A stretch of 64,000 nucleotides of DNA from an uncultured Alphaproteobacteria bacterium (GCA_958295695.1 OY282363.1:1037246-1101245); one strand, 5' to 3'. Counted from the first letter of the stretch, positions 1 to 10,150 are shown. The notes: generated from the sequence alone by a model not told the origin. Numbers and translations: made by a program.

Positions 1-578
1 GGCTGGCCCGGTGCATCCTGGACCTCCAGGCCCGCGACGGCTTCGCGGGCCTCATGGACCCCTGGAAGACGATCGACGGCTACCTCGACGACGCCGGCGT
101 CTCCGACCCCGCCGGGCCCGAGGCCGTGGGCCCGTCGTGGACGGCCGCGGGAGCGCTGCGCGAGCGGACCCCGCTGCGCGAAACCGACGCCGTACCCGCG
201 CATGTCGATCCCGTGCCGGAGAACCTGATCGACACCGGCGACCGCATCGTCATGCTCGACTGGGAGTATTCGGCCCGCGGCCATCCGATGTGGGATCTGG
301 CCTACTTCGCCGCCGAGGCCGATCTCGCGCCCGAGGAAACGCACATGCTGCTCGAGCGCGCGGGGAAGGACCGGACGGCGGACGACTTCGACGCATGGTG
401 CGCGGTGGCCTGCCTGGTGTCGCTCGCCTGGTGCCTCGCGCGGCGGCGGAGGGCCGGGCCGGGCGCCGGGCGGTGGCGTGACGAGATCCCGCGCCGGCGC
501 GGGATGTGGGAGCGGCGCGTCTCGTCGCTCCTGGACATGCGAGGCGTTGCGTTTCGACCGGAAAGGCGCCGGCCATGA
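1..578 (+). CDS. Phosphotransferase (APH/choline-kinase family), 5'-partial (runs off window start)
   Basis: Frame-3 translation has the APH catalytic core '...HVDPVPENLIDTGDRIVMLDWEYSARGHPMWDLAYF...' (HxDxxxxN...D). The ORF is open to nt 1. Stop at 576-578 overlaps the next gene's ATG (ATGA). Confidence 0.6.
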   Translation, partial: LARCILDLQARDGFAGLMDPWKTIDGYLDDAGVSDPAGPEAVGPSWTAAGALRERTPLRETDAVPAHVDPVPENLIDTGDRIVMLDWEYSARGHPMWDLAYFAAEADLAPEETHMLLERAGKDRTADDFDAWCAVACLVSLAWCLARRRRAGPGAGRWRDEIPRRRGMWERRVSSLLDMRGVAFRPERRRP

Positions 579-1306
579 TCGACTGGACCGCCATCGGGGG
601 GCTTCTGTTCGACAAGGACGGGACGCTGATCGACTTCTTCGCGACCTGGACGCCGGCCTACCGCGAGGCGGCGGACATGCTCGCGGCCGCGCTCGCGACG
701 CCCGACATGGCCGACCGGTTGCTCCTGGCCGCGGGATACGACCGGCGGACCGGCAGGCTGGAGGCGGACTCGGCGCTCGCCGGCGGCACCAACCGCGAGC
801 TGATCGAGCTCTGGCGCGACGCGCTGGGCGCGAAGGCGCCCCCCGACCTTCCGGACCGGGTGCTGTCGATGTTCGCCCGGCACGCGACGCGGGATGTCGT
901 GGCGACGGCCGACATGGCGCCGTTGATGACGGCGTTGAGGCGGCGGGGGCTGGCTCTGGGCATGGCCACCAACGACGACACGCAGACCGCGCGCTGGACG
1001 GCCGAGCGCCTCGGAATCCGTGAACTGATGATTTTCGTCGCCGGAGCGGACGCGGGATACGGCGGCAAGCCGGGGCCGGGCATGGGTCTGGCCTTCTGCT
1101 CGGCGGCGGGTATCGCGCCCGACCGGGCCGCGATGGTCGGCGACTCCGCGGCCGACGCCCGCATGGCGAGGGCCGCGGGCTTCGGCGCCGCGATCGGCGT
1201 CCGCACCGGGGCCGCCTCGAGGGAGGAGCTCGGCTCCTGGTTCGACGCGGTGATCGACAGCGTCGCCGACCTTCCCGCCCTGCTGTCCGGCGCTGGCGCG
1301 TCCTGA
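575..1306 (+). CDS. HAD-superfamily hydrolase (phosphoglycolate phosphatase-like)
   Basis: 'MIDWTAIGGLLFDKDGTLID' (DxDGTL motif I), '...MATND...', '...GDSAADARMARAAG' (HAD motifs). GAAAGG RBS sits before ATG 575. 4-bp overlap with the upstream CDS. Confidence 0.7.
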   Translation: MIDWTAIGGLLFDKDGTLIDFFATWTPAYREAADMLAAALATPDMADRLLLAAGYDRRTGRLEADSALAGGTNRELIELWRDALGAKAPPDLPDRVLSMFARHATRDVVATADMAPLMTALRRRGLALGMATNDDTQTARWTAERLGIRELMIFVAGADAGYGGKPGPGMGLAFCSAAGIAPDRAAMVGDSAADARMARAAGFGAAIGVRTGAASREELGSWFDAVIDSVADLPALLSGAGAS

Positions 1307-1431
1307 CGCCCGCCCGGTCCGGGACCGCCCCGGTCCCCCTTCGATGCGCCCACCCGCGGCGGGCGCATCGGGGTAAGGGAGAGGTTGGGCGGGAAACGGG
1401 AAACCGCGGCGGCGAGGCCGGACGCCCGGTC

Positions 1432-2709
1432 CTACTTCAGGCCCATGCCCGACAGGACGGCCTCAGCCGCCTTGCCGTCATAGAACGACTCGCAGTGGTC
1501 GGCGTCGCGTCGCGTCATCCACCGTTTCTCGTGGCCGGCCTTCGATTCCACGCTGTTGAAGACCCGCATGAAATGGCCCAGCGCCCAATCCTCGTCGCCG
1601 CCGATACGGCCTCCCTCCAAATCCTGTGGCGGGCCCAGGTCGACATGGAAATCCACCGGATGGTCGAAATCCCAATCTCCATCGGAGAAGGCGAGGCTGC
1701 TTTCGTCGAACGGTTCATAAGGCCCGGCGTCGGCGGCGCCCGCTTGCCGGATGTCGCAGAGAGACGTGGCGTGAACGTGGTTGATCACCGATTCGTACAG
1801 AGGAGCGAGGGGGATTGTCCCGGGCGCGACGCACCGGCCGTCGTCATGGCCCGAACCGGCGCAATCCGCGTGGCCGACGCAGGCCCTGGCGGCGTCGGCA
1901 TCGCAATAGCCCTCCGAATACGCGCGGCGTCCGCAGCCGGCGTTGATGTCCCAGAGCGGCGGGCCGCCGATGAACAGTTGGTAATCCACCGCGTCATCCA
2001 GGCCGTGCCAGTAGACCGCGCCGAACGTCGCCTGCGCTCCCATGCTGCACCCCACCGTTCCGAAGCCGCCGGATCCCGCCAGATTCTCATGGACCCAGGC
2101 GATCGCGCCGGCGACGCGCTCGTTGAGCCGCCATACCCGGGTGGCGTCCGGCGACGTCCGCGTGAACCATCCCCACTCCGCCGTTTGGGGAGCGGAACCG
2201 GCCGTGTAACCGGCGTCCCAGCGCAGCATCACGGTTCCGGCGTCGGAGGCTTCCTCGATCCCTTCCGCCGTGCGTCTCCCCGTGTACATGGTCCCGCCAA
2301 TGCCGGAGTGGAGCAGAACCGTTCCCCCGCCCCGCCGCCCCGCGGTGAAGGACAGGTGCCCGCCCATGGAATCGACCACGAAGGCCAGCGCCTGTCTCGG
2401 CGCGTCGCCGTCCATCAGCGCCTCGCCGCGCGAGGAATAGGACGGCGCCCGGCATTGCGTCCAATCGGCGCATGGTTCCCGGCACCGGTAGGTCATCCAA
2501 TAGTCGCCGCGGTCGTCCGGTTCCGAGGTCTCGATCTCGAACGCCGAGGACGGGTTCCGGGGATCGGGCGCCCGGCAGATTTCCACGTTGTCCGCCAACT
2601 CGGGAATGCGGTCGGAACCCGCGAGGACGCCGTCCGCCCCGACGGCTGCCAACAGGACGGCCGGCAACGCTGCGAGGCCGCGGCGGATTCGCCGGATATC
2701 GGGTGTCAT
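1432..2709 (-). CDS. Secreted alpha/beta-hydrolase (esterase/lipase-like) with signal peptide
   Basis: N-terminus 'MTPDIRRIRRGLAALPAVLLAAVGADG' is a signal peptide. GCSMG matches the GxSxG nucleophile elbow. Cys-rich C-terminal region. GGAGGA RBS before ATG 2709. The longer ORF reaching 2799 is rejected. Confidence 0.5.
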   Translation of the reverse strand: MTPDIRRIRRGLAALPAVLLAAVGADGVLAGSDRIPELADNVEICRAPDPRNPSSAFEIETSEPDDRGDYWMTYRCREPCADWTQCRAPSYSSRGEALMDGDAPRQALAFVVDSMGGHLSFTAGRRGGGTVLLHSGIGGTMYTGRRTAEGIEEASDAGTVMLRWDAGYTAGSAPQTAEWGWFTRTSPDATRVWRLNERVAGAIAWVHENLAGSGGFGTVGCSMGAQATFGAVYWHGLDDAVDYQLFIGGPPLWDINAGCGRRAYSEGYCDADAARACVGHADCAGSGHDDGRCVAPGTIPLAPLYESVINHVHATSLCDIRQAGAADAGPYEPFDESSLAFSDGDWDFDHPVDFHVDLGPPQDLEGGRIGGDEDWALGHFMRVFNSVESKAGHEKRWMTRRDADHCESFYDGKAAEAVLSGMGLK

Positions 2710-2824
2710 CGCAAGGCGTCCTCCAAGATCGCGATCGGTGGGGAACGGACATGACGTTCGCGGAGACGGCATCGTGCCCTGGGCGGCGGCCCGGCGCAAT
2801 GTCCCGGGACCGGCGGCCTCGCGC

Positions 2825-4669
2825 TCACAGCCGGTACAGCGCGATCTCCCGTTCCCGGCCGCGGATCGGCCGCGCGCCGGCCCCGGTCGGGCGGATGGCG
2901 TCCCCGGCCGCGGTGGCCGTCGCGCCGCTGAGCACGATCGCCACGTCCATCTCGTCGGACGCCACTTCCTTGGCGAGCTGCTCGAGCCGGTTGGCCGCGT
3001 TCACCGTGTCCCCCACGATCGTGTAGTTGATCCGGCCGGGCGCGCCGATGTTGCCGACGACGACCGGCCCGGTGTGGATGCCGATCCGTACGCGGATCGG
3101 AGCGGCCCCTTCCGCGCGCCTCCGGGCGTTGTCGGCGGCGACCGCGGCGCGCATGGCGAGAGCCGCCCGGCAGGCGCGCGGGGCGTGGTCGGGCGTCTCC
3201 TCCGGCGCGCCCCAGAACGCCATCACCGCGTCGCCGATGAACTTGTCGATGGTGCCGCCCTCGGCGTCCACGCAGCCGGCCAGCATCGCGAAGTGGTCGT
3301 TGAGGAAACGGGCGGTCGCCTCCGCGCTCATCGCCTCCGACTGGCGCGTGAAGCCCGCGATGTCGGTGAACATCACCGTCGCCTCGCGGCTGACCGAGCG
3401 CGAATCGGCGCCCTCGCCCTGCCTGACCAGCCGATGGACAAGGGCGCGCGGCACATAGGTCTCGAACCAGCGCAGCCCGACCACCATCGCGTTGAACGCC
3501 CGGTCCGCCGCCGTCACTTCCCTGAAGAGGCTGCCCGGCAGGGGCCGCACCCGGTCCAGCGCGAGGCCGCGCACCTGCTCGGCCGCGGCGGCGAGCCGGT
3601 CGAACGGCGTGCCGAGGGCCCGCGCCATGGCCCAGGCCGCGGCCAGCGACAGCAACAGCACGACGCCGCCCGCCTTCGCCGCCCAGCGCAGGCGGTCCAA
3701 CTCGTCGGTCAGCGTGGCGGCCGGGAAATGCACGCCCACCAGCCACGGCCGGTCGCCGTAGCGGCGCACGGTCCGGGAGAGCAGCGCGACCTCTTCGCCC
3801 CCGGTCTCGACGATCCGGATGCCCGTTCGCGCCTCGAGGTCGGTGACGGCGTGACCGCGCAGGGCCGCCGCGACGACGGGATCGCCGAGCCGGGCCGCGA
3901 TCGGCAGGGGATTGGCGGCGTCGAGCGCGAACGCGCCGTCGATGAGATCCGGATGGGCGAGCACGAGATCCCCGCCGTAGAGCACGAAGGCGCCGCCGCC
4001 CAGCGCCTTCGCCGTGTCCTCCAGCAACGTCGAGAGGGTGTTCACGCGGACCCCGGCGGCGAGCGCGCCGATGTAGCGGCCCTCCCGGCGCACCGGGTAG
4101 CGCACGTTCAGCAGCGTTCCGACCTCCGCCGAGGGATAGACCGCCTCGCCCCAGGATAGCCCGGGCGCGGCGCGCATGGACTCCGCGATGGACAGGTTCA
4201 CCGGGTTGTCGCTCACGTCGACAACGTCGACGGTCACGCCGTCCGGGCGGCGAAGCGCGGACACCATGCGTGCGTCGGGGCGTATCAGGACCACGGCGTA
4301 GACCTGCGGCGTCGCCGCCAGCGCGCCGGCGAGCGACCGGCCGACCTCGTCGTCGTCCGAGCCGTCGATCTCGCCGCTCTCGAGCCGGCGTCCGAGGTGC
4401 AGGATCTGGTCTTCCGCCGGCTTCAGATACTGCTCGATGCGCGCCAGGGTCAGCCCGACCGTCGCTTCCGATTTGTCGCGCAGCAGGTCGAACGTGTTCT
4501 GGCGCGCGCTCCACAGCCCGACCGCGAGCACGGCGACGATGGCGAGCAGGACCAGCCCGCCGAAGCCGATCAGGAGGCCGCGCGAGATCCCGATCTGGAA
4601 ACGCGCGCCGCCCGCCGCGGTCCCGGCGGAGGCCGACAGATCCTGTCGATCCTGCGATGTCGCGTTCAT
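2825..4669 (-). CDS. Membrane-anchored class III adenylate/guanylate cyclase with periplasmic sensor domain and HAMP
   Basis: TM helix '[22 protein letters not shown]', ~280-aa periplasmic region, then second TM '[17 protein letters not shown]'. C-terminal CYC domain: '[16 protein letters not shown]...', '[14 protein letters not shown]', '[19 protein letters not shown]...[18 protein letters not shown]'. Confidence 0.8.
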   Translation of the reverse strand: MNATSQDRQDLSASAGTAAGGARFQIGISRGLLIGFGGLVLLAIVAVLAVGLWSARQNTFDLLRDKSEATVGLTLARIEQYLKPAEDQILHLGRRLESGEIDGSDDDEVGRSLAGALAATPQVYAVVLIRPDARMVSALRRPDGVTVDVVDVSDNPVNLSIAESMRAAPGLSWGEAVYPSAEVGTLLNVRYPVRREGRYIGALAAGVRVNTLSTLLEDTAKALGGGAFVLYGGDLVLAHPDLIDGAFALDAANPLPIAARLGDPVVAAALRGHAVTDLEARTGIRIVETGGEEVALLSRTVRRYGDRPWLVGVHFPAATLTDELDRLRWAAKAGGVVLLLSLAAAWAMARALGTPFDRLAAAAEQVRGLALDRVRPLPGSLFREVTAADRAFNAMVVGLRWFETYVPRALVHRLVRQGEGADSRSVSREATVMFTDIAGFTRQSEAMSAEATARFLNDHFAMLAGCVDAEGGTIDKFIGDAVMAFWGAPEETPDHAPRACRAALAMRAAVAADNARRRAEGAAPIRVRIGIHTGPVVVGNIGAPGRINYTIVGDTVNAANRLEQLAKEVASDEMDVAIVLSGATATAAGDAIRPTGAGARPIRGREREIALYRL

Positions 4670-4967
4670 GGCGGCGCCCGATCCCTGCCCGGCGGTGGGC
4701 AGGTCGTGGATGGAACCCGAAACCCTTATAGCGTTTCCGCCTCGGACGGAATCGCCATGGCCTGCCTGTCGCTTGCGGCAAGCGGCCCCGGAGCGGTTCC
4801 GGCCTATCGTCGGGGCGCGCGCTCCGGTCCCGATGGCGGGCTTCCTCGACGCCGGTCGGCGCCGCCGCTCCGGGCGGCGACGCCTTGCGCCTCCCCGGCT
4901 TGAATTCGGCCGCGCGCGCCGTCACGATGCGGCTCGTCCATCGTCCTTCAGTCCGGGGGGAAACGCC

Positions 4968-6077
<1,110 letters not shown>

Positions 6078-6079
6078 CC

Positions 6080-6964
6080 GTGGCGGCGATCGAAACCGTC
6101 TCGGAGAACCGCTGCCACGGTGGAATCCAAGGCGTCTACAGCCACCTGTCGGCCGAGATCGGCCTCCCGATGCGCTTCGCCGTCTACACGCCGCCCGCGG
6201 CGAGGAACGGCAAGGCGCCGGTGCTGTTCTACCTTTCGGGCCTGACCTGCACGGAAGAGAACTTCACCGTCAAGGCCGGCGCCCAGCGTCTGGCCGCAGA
6301 GCACGGTTTCTTCGTGGTGGCTCCCGACACGAGCCCCCGCGACACCGGGATCGCGGGCGAGGACGACGACTGGGCCTTCGGGACCGGCGCGGGCTTCTAC
6401 CTCGACGCCACGGCCGAACCCTGGTCGCGCCACTACCGGATGGAAAGCTACGTCGCGAAGGAGCTTCCCGGCGTCGTCTTCGGCGCGTTCGCCGCCGACG
6501 AGGAACGGATGGGCGTGTTCGGGCATTCCATGGGCGGCCACGGCGCCCTTTCGCTGGCGCTGAAGAACCCCGGACTGTTCCGCTCCGTCTCGGCCTTCGC
6601 GCCGATGAACTCGCTGATGGGCTGCGAACCGGGCGTCGCCGCGCTGACCGGCTATCTGGGCGAGGACCGGGAGGCGTGGCGGCGTCACGACGTGGTGGAC
6701 CTGATCGAATCGGGCCACCGCTGTCCGACCATCCTGGTCGACCAGGGCGCGGACGACGAGTTCCTGCCCAACCTGCTGCCGGACAGGCTCCGGGCGGCAT
6801 GCGAGGCCGCGGGCCAGCCGCTCACGCTCAACATGCGCGAGGGCTACGACCACAGCTATTGGTTCGTGCAGAGCTTCATGGCGGACCATTTCGCCCACCA
6901 CGCCGAGGCCCTTCGCGCCCGATCCGCCCGGGACCGCTCCGGCCCGCCGTCGTCAAGCCCTTGA
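6080..6964 (+). CDS. fghA: S-formylglutathione hydrolase (esterase D family)
   Basis: 'GGIQGVYSHLSAEIGLPMRFAVYTPP...VLFYLSGLTCTEENF', 'GHSMGGHGAL' (GxSxG), '...EGYDHSYWFV'. GTG start 3 bp after the frmA stop. Classic frmA-fghA pair. Confidence 0.85.
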   Translation: MAAIETVSENRCHGGIQGVYSHLSAEIGLPMRFAVYTPPAARNGKAPVLFYLSGLTCTEENFTVKAGAQRLAAEHGFFVVAPDTSPRDTGIAGEDDDWAFGTGAGFYLDATAEPWSRHYRMESYVAKELPGVVFGAFAADEERMGVFGHSMGGHGALSLALKNPGLFRSVSAFAPMNSLMGCEPGVAALTGYLGEDREAWRRHDVVDLIESGHRCPTILVDQGADDEFLPNLLPDRLRAACEAAGQPLTLNMREGYDHSYWFVQSFMADHFAHHAEALRARSARDRSGPPSSSP

Positions 6965-6988
6965 AAAAGGGAGACAATCCACCATATC
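6960..6988 (+). promoter_or_regulatory. RpoH (sigma-32)-type heat-shock promoter candidate for hsp20
   Basis: CTTGAAA (6960-6966), 14-nt spacer, then CACCATAT (6981-6988), against consensus CTTGAAA-N13-15-CCCCATNT. Lies ~110 nt upstream of the hsp20 ATG and overlaps the fghA stop. Confidence 0.45.
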
Positions 6989-7099
6989 GATGACGCCGGC
7001 GCCGTTCGGACCGGCGCGACGACGGTCCACGCGCGGGCCTTCCAGGCCGCGCGTTTCCCCGCCGTCCCCGTCCGCTCGCTCGAGAAGAGGAGTCGCGAC

Positions 7100-7564
7100 A
7101 TGACCCGCCTTTCCGTCTTCGACAGCCCGCTGCTGCTCGGCTTCGACCGCGTGGAGCGCATGCTCGACCGCATCGCCAAGGCGTCGGACGACGGCTATCC
7201 GCCCTACAACATCGAGCAAACCGGCGAGCAGGGCCTGCGCATCACGCTGGCCGTCGCCGGGTTCTCGATGGACGAGTTGTCGGTGACCGTCGAGGACAAC
7301 CAGCTCGTCGTCCGCGGCAAGCAGGTCGATCACGAGGACGGTCGCGTCTATCTCCACCGCGGCATCGCCGCGCGCCGGTTCGTGAAGACGTTCCTGCTGG
7401 CCGAAGGCGTCGAGGCGGTCGACGCCACGCTCGCAGGCGGCCTGCTGCATGTCGATCTGGAACGCCCCGCGCCCGAGACGCGCCGGCGCACGATCCGGAT
7501 CAAGCAGGACGCCCGGGACCGGGACCCGGAACGCATCGTCGAGGGCCGGGCCGAGCGGGCATGA
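7100..7564 (+). CDS. Hsp20/alpha-crystallin family small heat-shock protein
   Basis: 'MTRLSVFDSPLLLGFDRVERMLD...YPPYNIEQTGEQGLRITLAVAGFSMDELSVTVEDNQLVVRGK' is a typical IbpA-like ACD. AGAGGAG RBS before ATG 7100. Confidence 0.85.
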   Translation: MTRLSVFDSPLLLGFDRVERMLDRIAKASDDGYPPYNIEQTGEQGLRITLAVAGFSMDELSVTVEDNQLVVRGKQVDHEDGRVYLHRGIAARRFVKTFLLAEGVEAVDATLAGGLLHVDLERPAPETRRRTIRIKQDARDRDPERIVEGRAERA

Positions 7565-7606
7565 CCGCCGCGGAGCCCGCCGCCCGGAGGTGAAGGAGGA
7601 AGACCG

Positions 7607-7837
7607 ATGCACGAGAACGACAGGACGGCCGCGCGCCCCGCCGAGGGGCTCGGCATGGAAGCGTTCGCCGCCCTGGGCGCGCCGAACCTGGCCTTCGTCG
7701 GCCCGGTCGAGACCGAGCGGGGCCGCGCCTTCGGAATCCATGCCGCCGACGGCAAGCTGCTCGCCGTCGCGGCCTCGCGCGAGTTGGCCTTCGCCGCCGC
7801 GCGCCAGCACGACCTGGAGCCGGTCGGCGTCCATTGA
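7607..7837 (+). CDS. DUF1150 family protein (conserved partner of alphaproteobacterial Hsp20)
   Basis: 76 aa. '...LAFVGPVETERGRAFGIHAADGKLLAVAASRELAFAAARQHDLEPVGVH'. GGAGG RBS. Lies immediately downstream of hsp20, as in many Rhizobiales. Confidence 0.7.
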   Translation: MHENDRTAARPAEGLGMEAFAALGAPNLAFVGPVETERGRAFGIHAADGKLLAVAASRELAFAAARQHDLEPVGVH

Positions 7838-7976
7838 CCGGAGCGGGCTCGTCCGGTCCCTTGCGCCCGTCCCGGCCGCCGCGCGGTCGCACGGGGGCGG
7901 CAGGGAAGATGTGACTTCGTGGCGCGATCCCCATAGTCTGGAGCGGTGCCCGCGGCCTTCCGGGGAGGCGCCTTCC

Positions 7977-9548
7977 ATGACTGCAAACGCTACGAAACGT
8001 CAGTTCCTCCGGTCCGTCGGCGGGGCGGCCGGAGCCGCCGCCGTCTACCGCGCCATGGACGCGCTCGGAATGCTGGGACCGGGCGAGGCGCAGGCGTCCG
8101 CGCTCGACCTGCCGCCGGGATCGGGCGCCGGGAAGAGCGTCGTCGTCCTGGGCGCCGGCGTCTCCGGCATGGCCGCCGCGTACGAACTGTCGAAGGCCGG
8201 CTACGGCTGCACGGTCCTGGAAGCGACCGCTCGCGCCGGGGGGCGCAACCTGACGGCGCGCGCAGGGGACGCGATCGAGGAGACCGACAGCCGTCAAACG
8301 GTCTGCTACGACGACGCGGACCATCTCTACGCCAATCTCGGTCCGGCCCGCATCCCCTATCATCACCGAACCGTCCTCGGCTATTGCCGGGAGTTCGGAG
8401 TCGACCTCGAGGTCTTCACCAACGACAACCGCGCCGCCCTGTTCCACAACGAGGGCCGCTTCGGCGGCCGGCCGGTGGCGGCCCGGCGCGTCATGACGGA
8501 TCTGCGTGGCTACATCGCCGAATTGCTCGCCAAGGCGGTGAACCGCGAGGCTCTCGACGACGTGCTGGGCGCCGAGGACAAGGAGCGGATCCTCGACATG
8601 CTCGTGCGTTTCGGCGCGCTGGAGGAGAAGGATCTTCTTTACAAGGGCTCGAACCGCGGCGGCTACCGGGACGCGCCCAACGCGGGCCTCCTGGCCGGGG
8701 AGGCGAACGATCCCCTGGACTTCGGCGAGCTGCTGCGAGCCGACTTCTGGCGCTACAAGCTCCACTTCAGCCACTTCCTGAACCAGAACCCGACCCTGTT
8801 CCAGCCTGTCGGCGGAATGGACGCCATCCCCCGGGCGTTCGAGGCGCGCGTCGGGCGTTCGATCCGATACTCCAGCCCGGTCAGGGAGATCCGGAAAACC
8901 AGCGGCGGCGTCCGCGTCGTCCATGCGGACGGGCCGGGCGGCGACCTGAAGGCCGTCGAGGCGGACTTCGCGGTCTGCGCCGTCCCCGCCACGGTTCTCA
9001 AGGACATTCCCAACGACTTCTCGCCCGAGACGCGGGCCGCGATCGAAGGGGTGGAGTTCGTCGAAGCGGTCAAGGTCGGCTTCCAGGCCCGACGGCGTTT
9101 CTGGGAGGAAGACGCGGCCATCTACGGCGGCATCTCATGGACCGACCGGGACATCACGCAGATCTGGTATCCGTCCCAAGGCTATCACCGCGCCAAGGGC
9201 GTCGTGATGGGCGCGTACATCTGGGACAAGGAACCCGGCCTGCGTTTCACGGCCATGTCCCCGGCCGACCGTCTCGATGCGGCGGTCGCCGAGGGCGAGC
9301 GACTCCACCCCGGATACGGGAAGGAGATGGAGTGCGGGGTCAGCCGGGCGTGGCTCAAGGCGCCGTTCCAGAAAGGGGGCTGGCCGCGGGGATACGAGCC
9401 GCCGGAGGCGCTTCGCAGGCCCGACGGGGCGATCCATTTCGCCGGGGACCAGGTCACGGCCCTGCCCGGGTGGCAGGAGGGCGCCGTCCTCGCCGCCCAC
9501 GCGGCGGTGGACGCCATCCACCGGCGGGCCGCGGGTTCCGGGGGCTGA
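7977..9548 (+). CDS. Tat-exported flavin-containing amine oxidase (L-amino-acid/monoamine oxidase family)
   Basis: Twin-arginine signal 'MTANATKRQFLRSVGGAAGAAAVYRAMDALG'. FAD-binding 'VVVLGAGVSGMAAAYELSKAGYGCTVLEATARAGGR'. C-terminal '...IHFAGDQVTALPGWQEGAVLAAHAAV'. GGGGAGG RBS before ATG 7977. The upstream 176 codons of the ORF are rejected. Confidence 0.75.
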   Translation: MTANATKRQFLRSVGGAAGAAAVYRAMDALGMLGPGEAQASALDLPPGSGAGKSVVVLGAGVSGMAAAYELSKAGYGCTVLEATARAGGRNLTARAGDAIEETDSRQTVCYDDADHLYANLGPARIPYHHRTVLGYCREFGVDLEVFTNDNRAALFHNEGRFGGRPVAARRVMTDLRGYIAELLAKAVNREALDDVLGAEDKERILDMLVRFGALEEKDLLYKGSNRGGYRDAPNAGLLAGEANDPLDFGELLRADFWRYKLHFSHFLNQNPTLFQPVGGMDAIPRAFEARVGRSIRYSSPVREIRKTSGGVRVVHADGPGGDLKAVEADFAVCAVPATVLKDIPNDFSPETRAAIEGVEFVEAVKVGFQARRRFWEEDAAIYGGISWTDRDITQIWYPSQGYHRAKGVVMGAYIWDKEPGLRFTAMSPADRLDAAVAEGERLHPGYGKEMECGVSRAWLKAPFQKGGWPRGYEPPEALRRPDGAIHFAGDQVTALPGWQEGAVLAAHAAVDAIHRRAAGSGG

Positions 9549-9647
9549 AACCGCGCCCCGCCCCGGGTGGGGCGGATTGTCCCGGAGGCGCGGCCGTCGG
9601 CTCGTGGAGCAGGCGACGACCGACAGCCCAGACCGTCGCTCCCCGCA

Positions 9648-9685
9648 TTCCAAAGACGACGGGAAGGACCTATAGTACGGCCATG
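9648..9685 (+). promoter_or_regulatory. Sigma-70-like promoter TTCCAA-N17-TATAGT placed for a leaderless transcript of the DUF1640 gene
   Basis: -35 TTCCAA at 9648-9653, 17-nt spacer, -10 TATAGT at 9671-9676. The ATG at 9683 lies 7 nt downstream of the -10 and no SD precedes it. Confidence 0.35.
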
Positions 9686-10150
9686 ACGCGGACGGCGACC
9701 ATCGTTTACGACACCCATGCGGCGGTGCGCAGGCTGGCGGAAACGGGTATGCCCGAGCGTCAGGCCGAGGGCGTGGTGCGCGAGCAGGCGCTTCTGCTCG
9801 AGCACAACCTCGCGACGAAGGCCGACATCGAGGGCCTGCGCCAGGGAACCCAAGCCGATATCGAAGTCCTGCGTCAGGAAACCAAGGCCGACATCGATGC
9901 CCTGCGCCAGGAGACCAAGGCGAACATCGATGCCCTGCGCCAGGAGACCAAGGCGAACATCGAAATCCTGCGCCAGGAGACCAAGACGAACATCGAAATC
10001 CTGCGCCAGGGAACCAAGGCCGATATCGAAGTCCTGCGCCAGGAGACCAAGACGAACATCGAAGCCGCGAAGAACAGCCTCGTGATGTGGATGGTCGGCG
10101 TGGGCCTCGGTGTCGCGGCCCTGGTCATCGCCGCTTCCGAACTGCTGTAA
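9683..10150 (+). CDS. DUF1640 family coiled-coil membrane protein with seven 11-aa (hendecad) repeats and a C-terminal TM
   Basis: 'MTRTATIVYDTHAAVRRLAETGMPERQAEGVVREQALLLEHNLATK' then seven copies of xDIExLRQETK. C-terminal TM 'LVMWMVGVGLGVAALVIAASELL'. Confidence 0.7.
   Translation: MTRTATIVYDTHAAVRRLAETGMPERQAEGVVREQALLLEHNLATKADIEGLRQGTQADIEVLRQETKADIDALRQETKANIDALRQETKANIEILRQETKTNIEILRQGTKADIEVLRQETKTNIEAAKNSLVMWMVGVGLGVAALVIAASELL
9821..10072 (+). repeat. 33-bp in-frame tandem repeat, ~7.6 copies, inside the DUF1640 CDS
   Basis: Units start at 9821, 9854, 9887, 9920, 9953, 9986, 10019, with a partial eighth copy. Consensus gcCgaCATCGAaNtCCTGCGCCAGGAgACCAAG, >85% identity between copies. 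Confidence 0.9.

Noticed and set aside
7449-7976. N-terminal 176-codon extension of the amine-oxidase ORF
   Set aside because: It overlaps hsp20 and the DUF1150 gene. The true start at 7977 has an RBS and a twin-arginine signal peptide immediately after it.
9821-10072. Possible CRISPR array (regular ~33-bp repeats)
   Set aside because: The repeats are directly contiguous with no spacers, lie inside a CDS in frame, and no cas genes are nearby.
9717-10085. 122-aa ORF with 'RRPTSMPCAR' repeats
   Set aside because: It is the +1 frame of the 33-bp tandem repeat. The repeat is in-frame for the DUF1640 protein.
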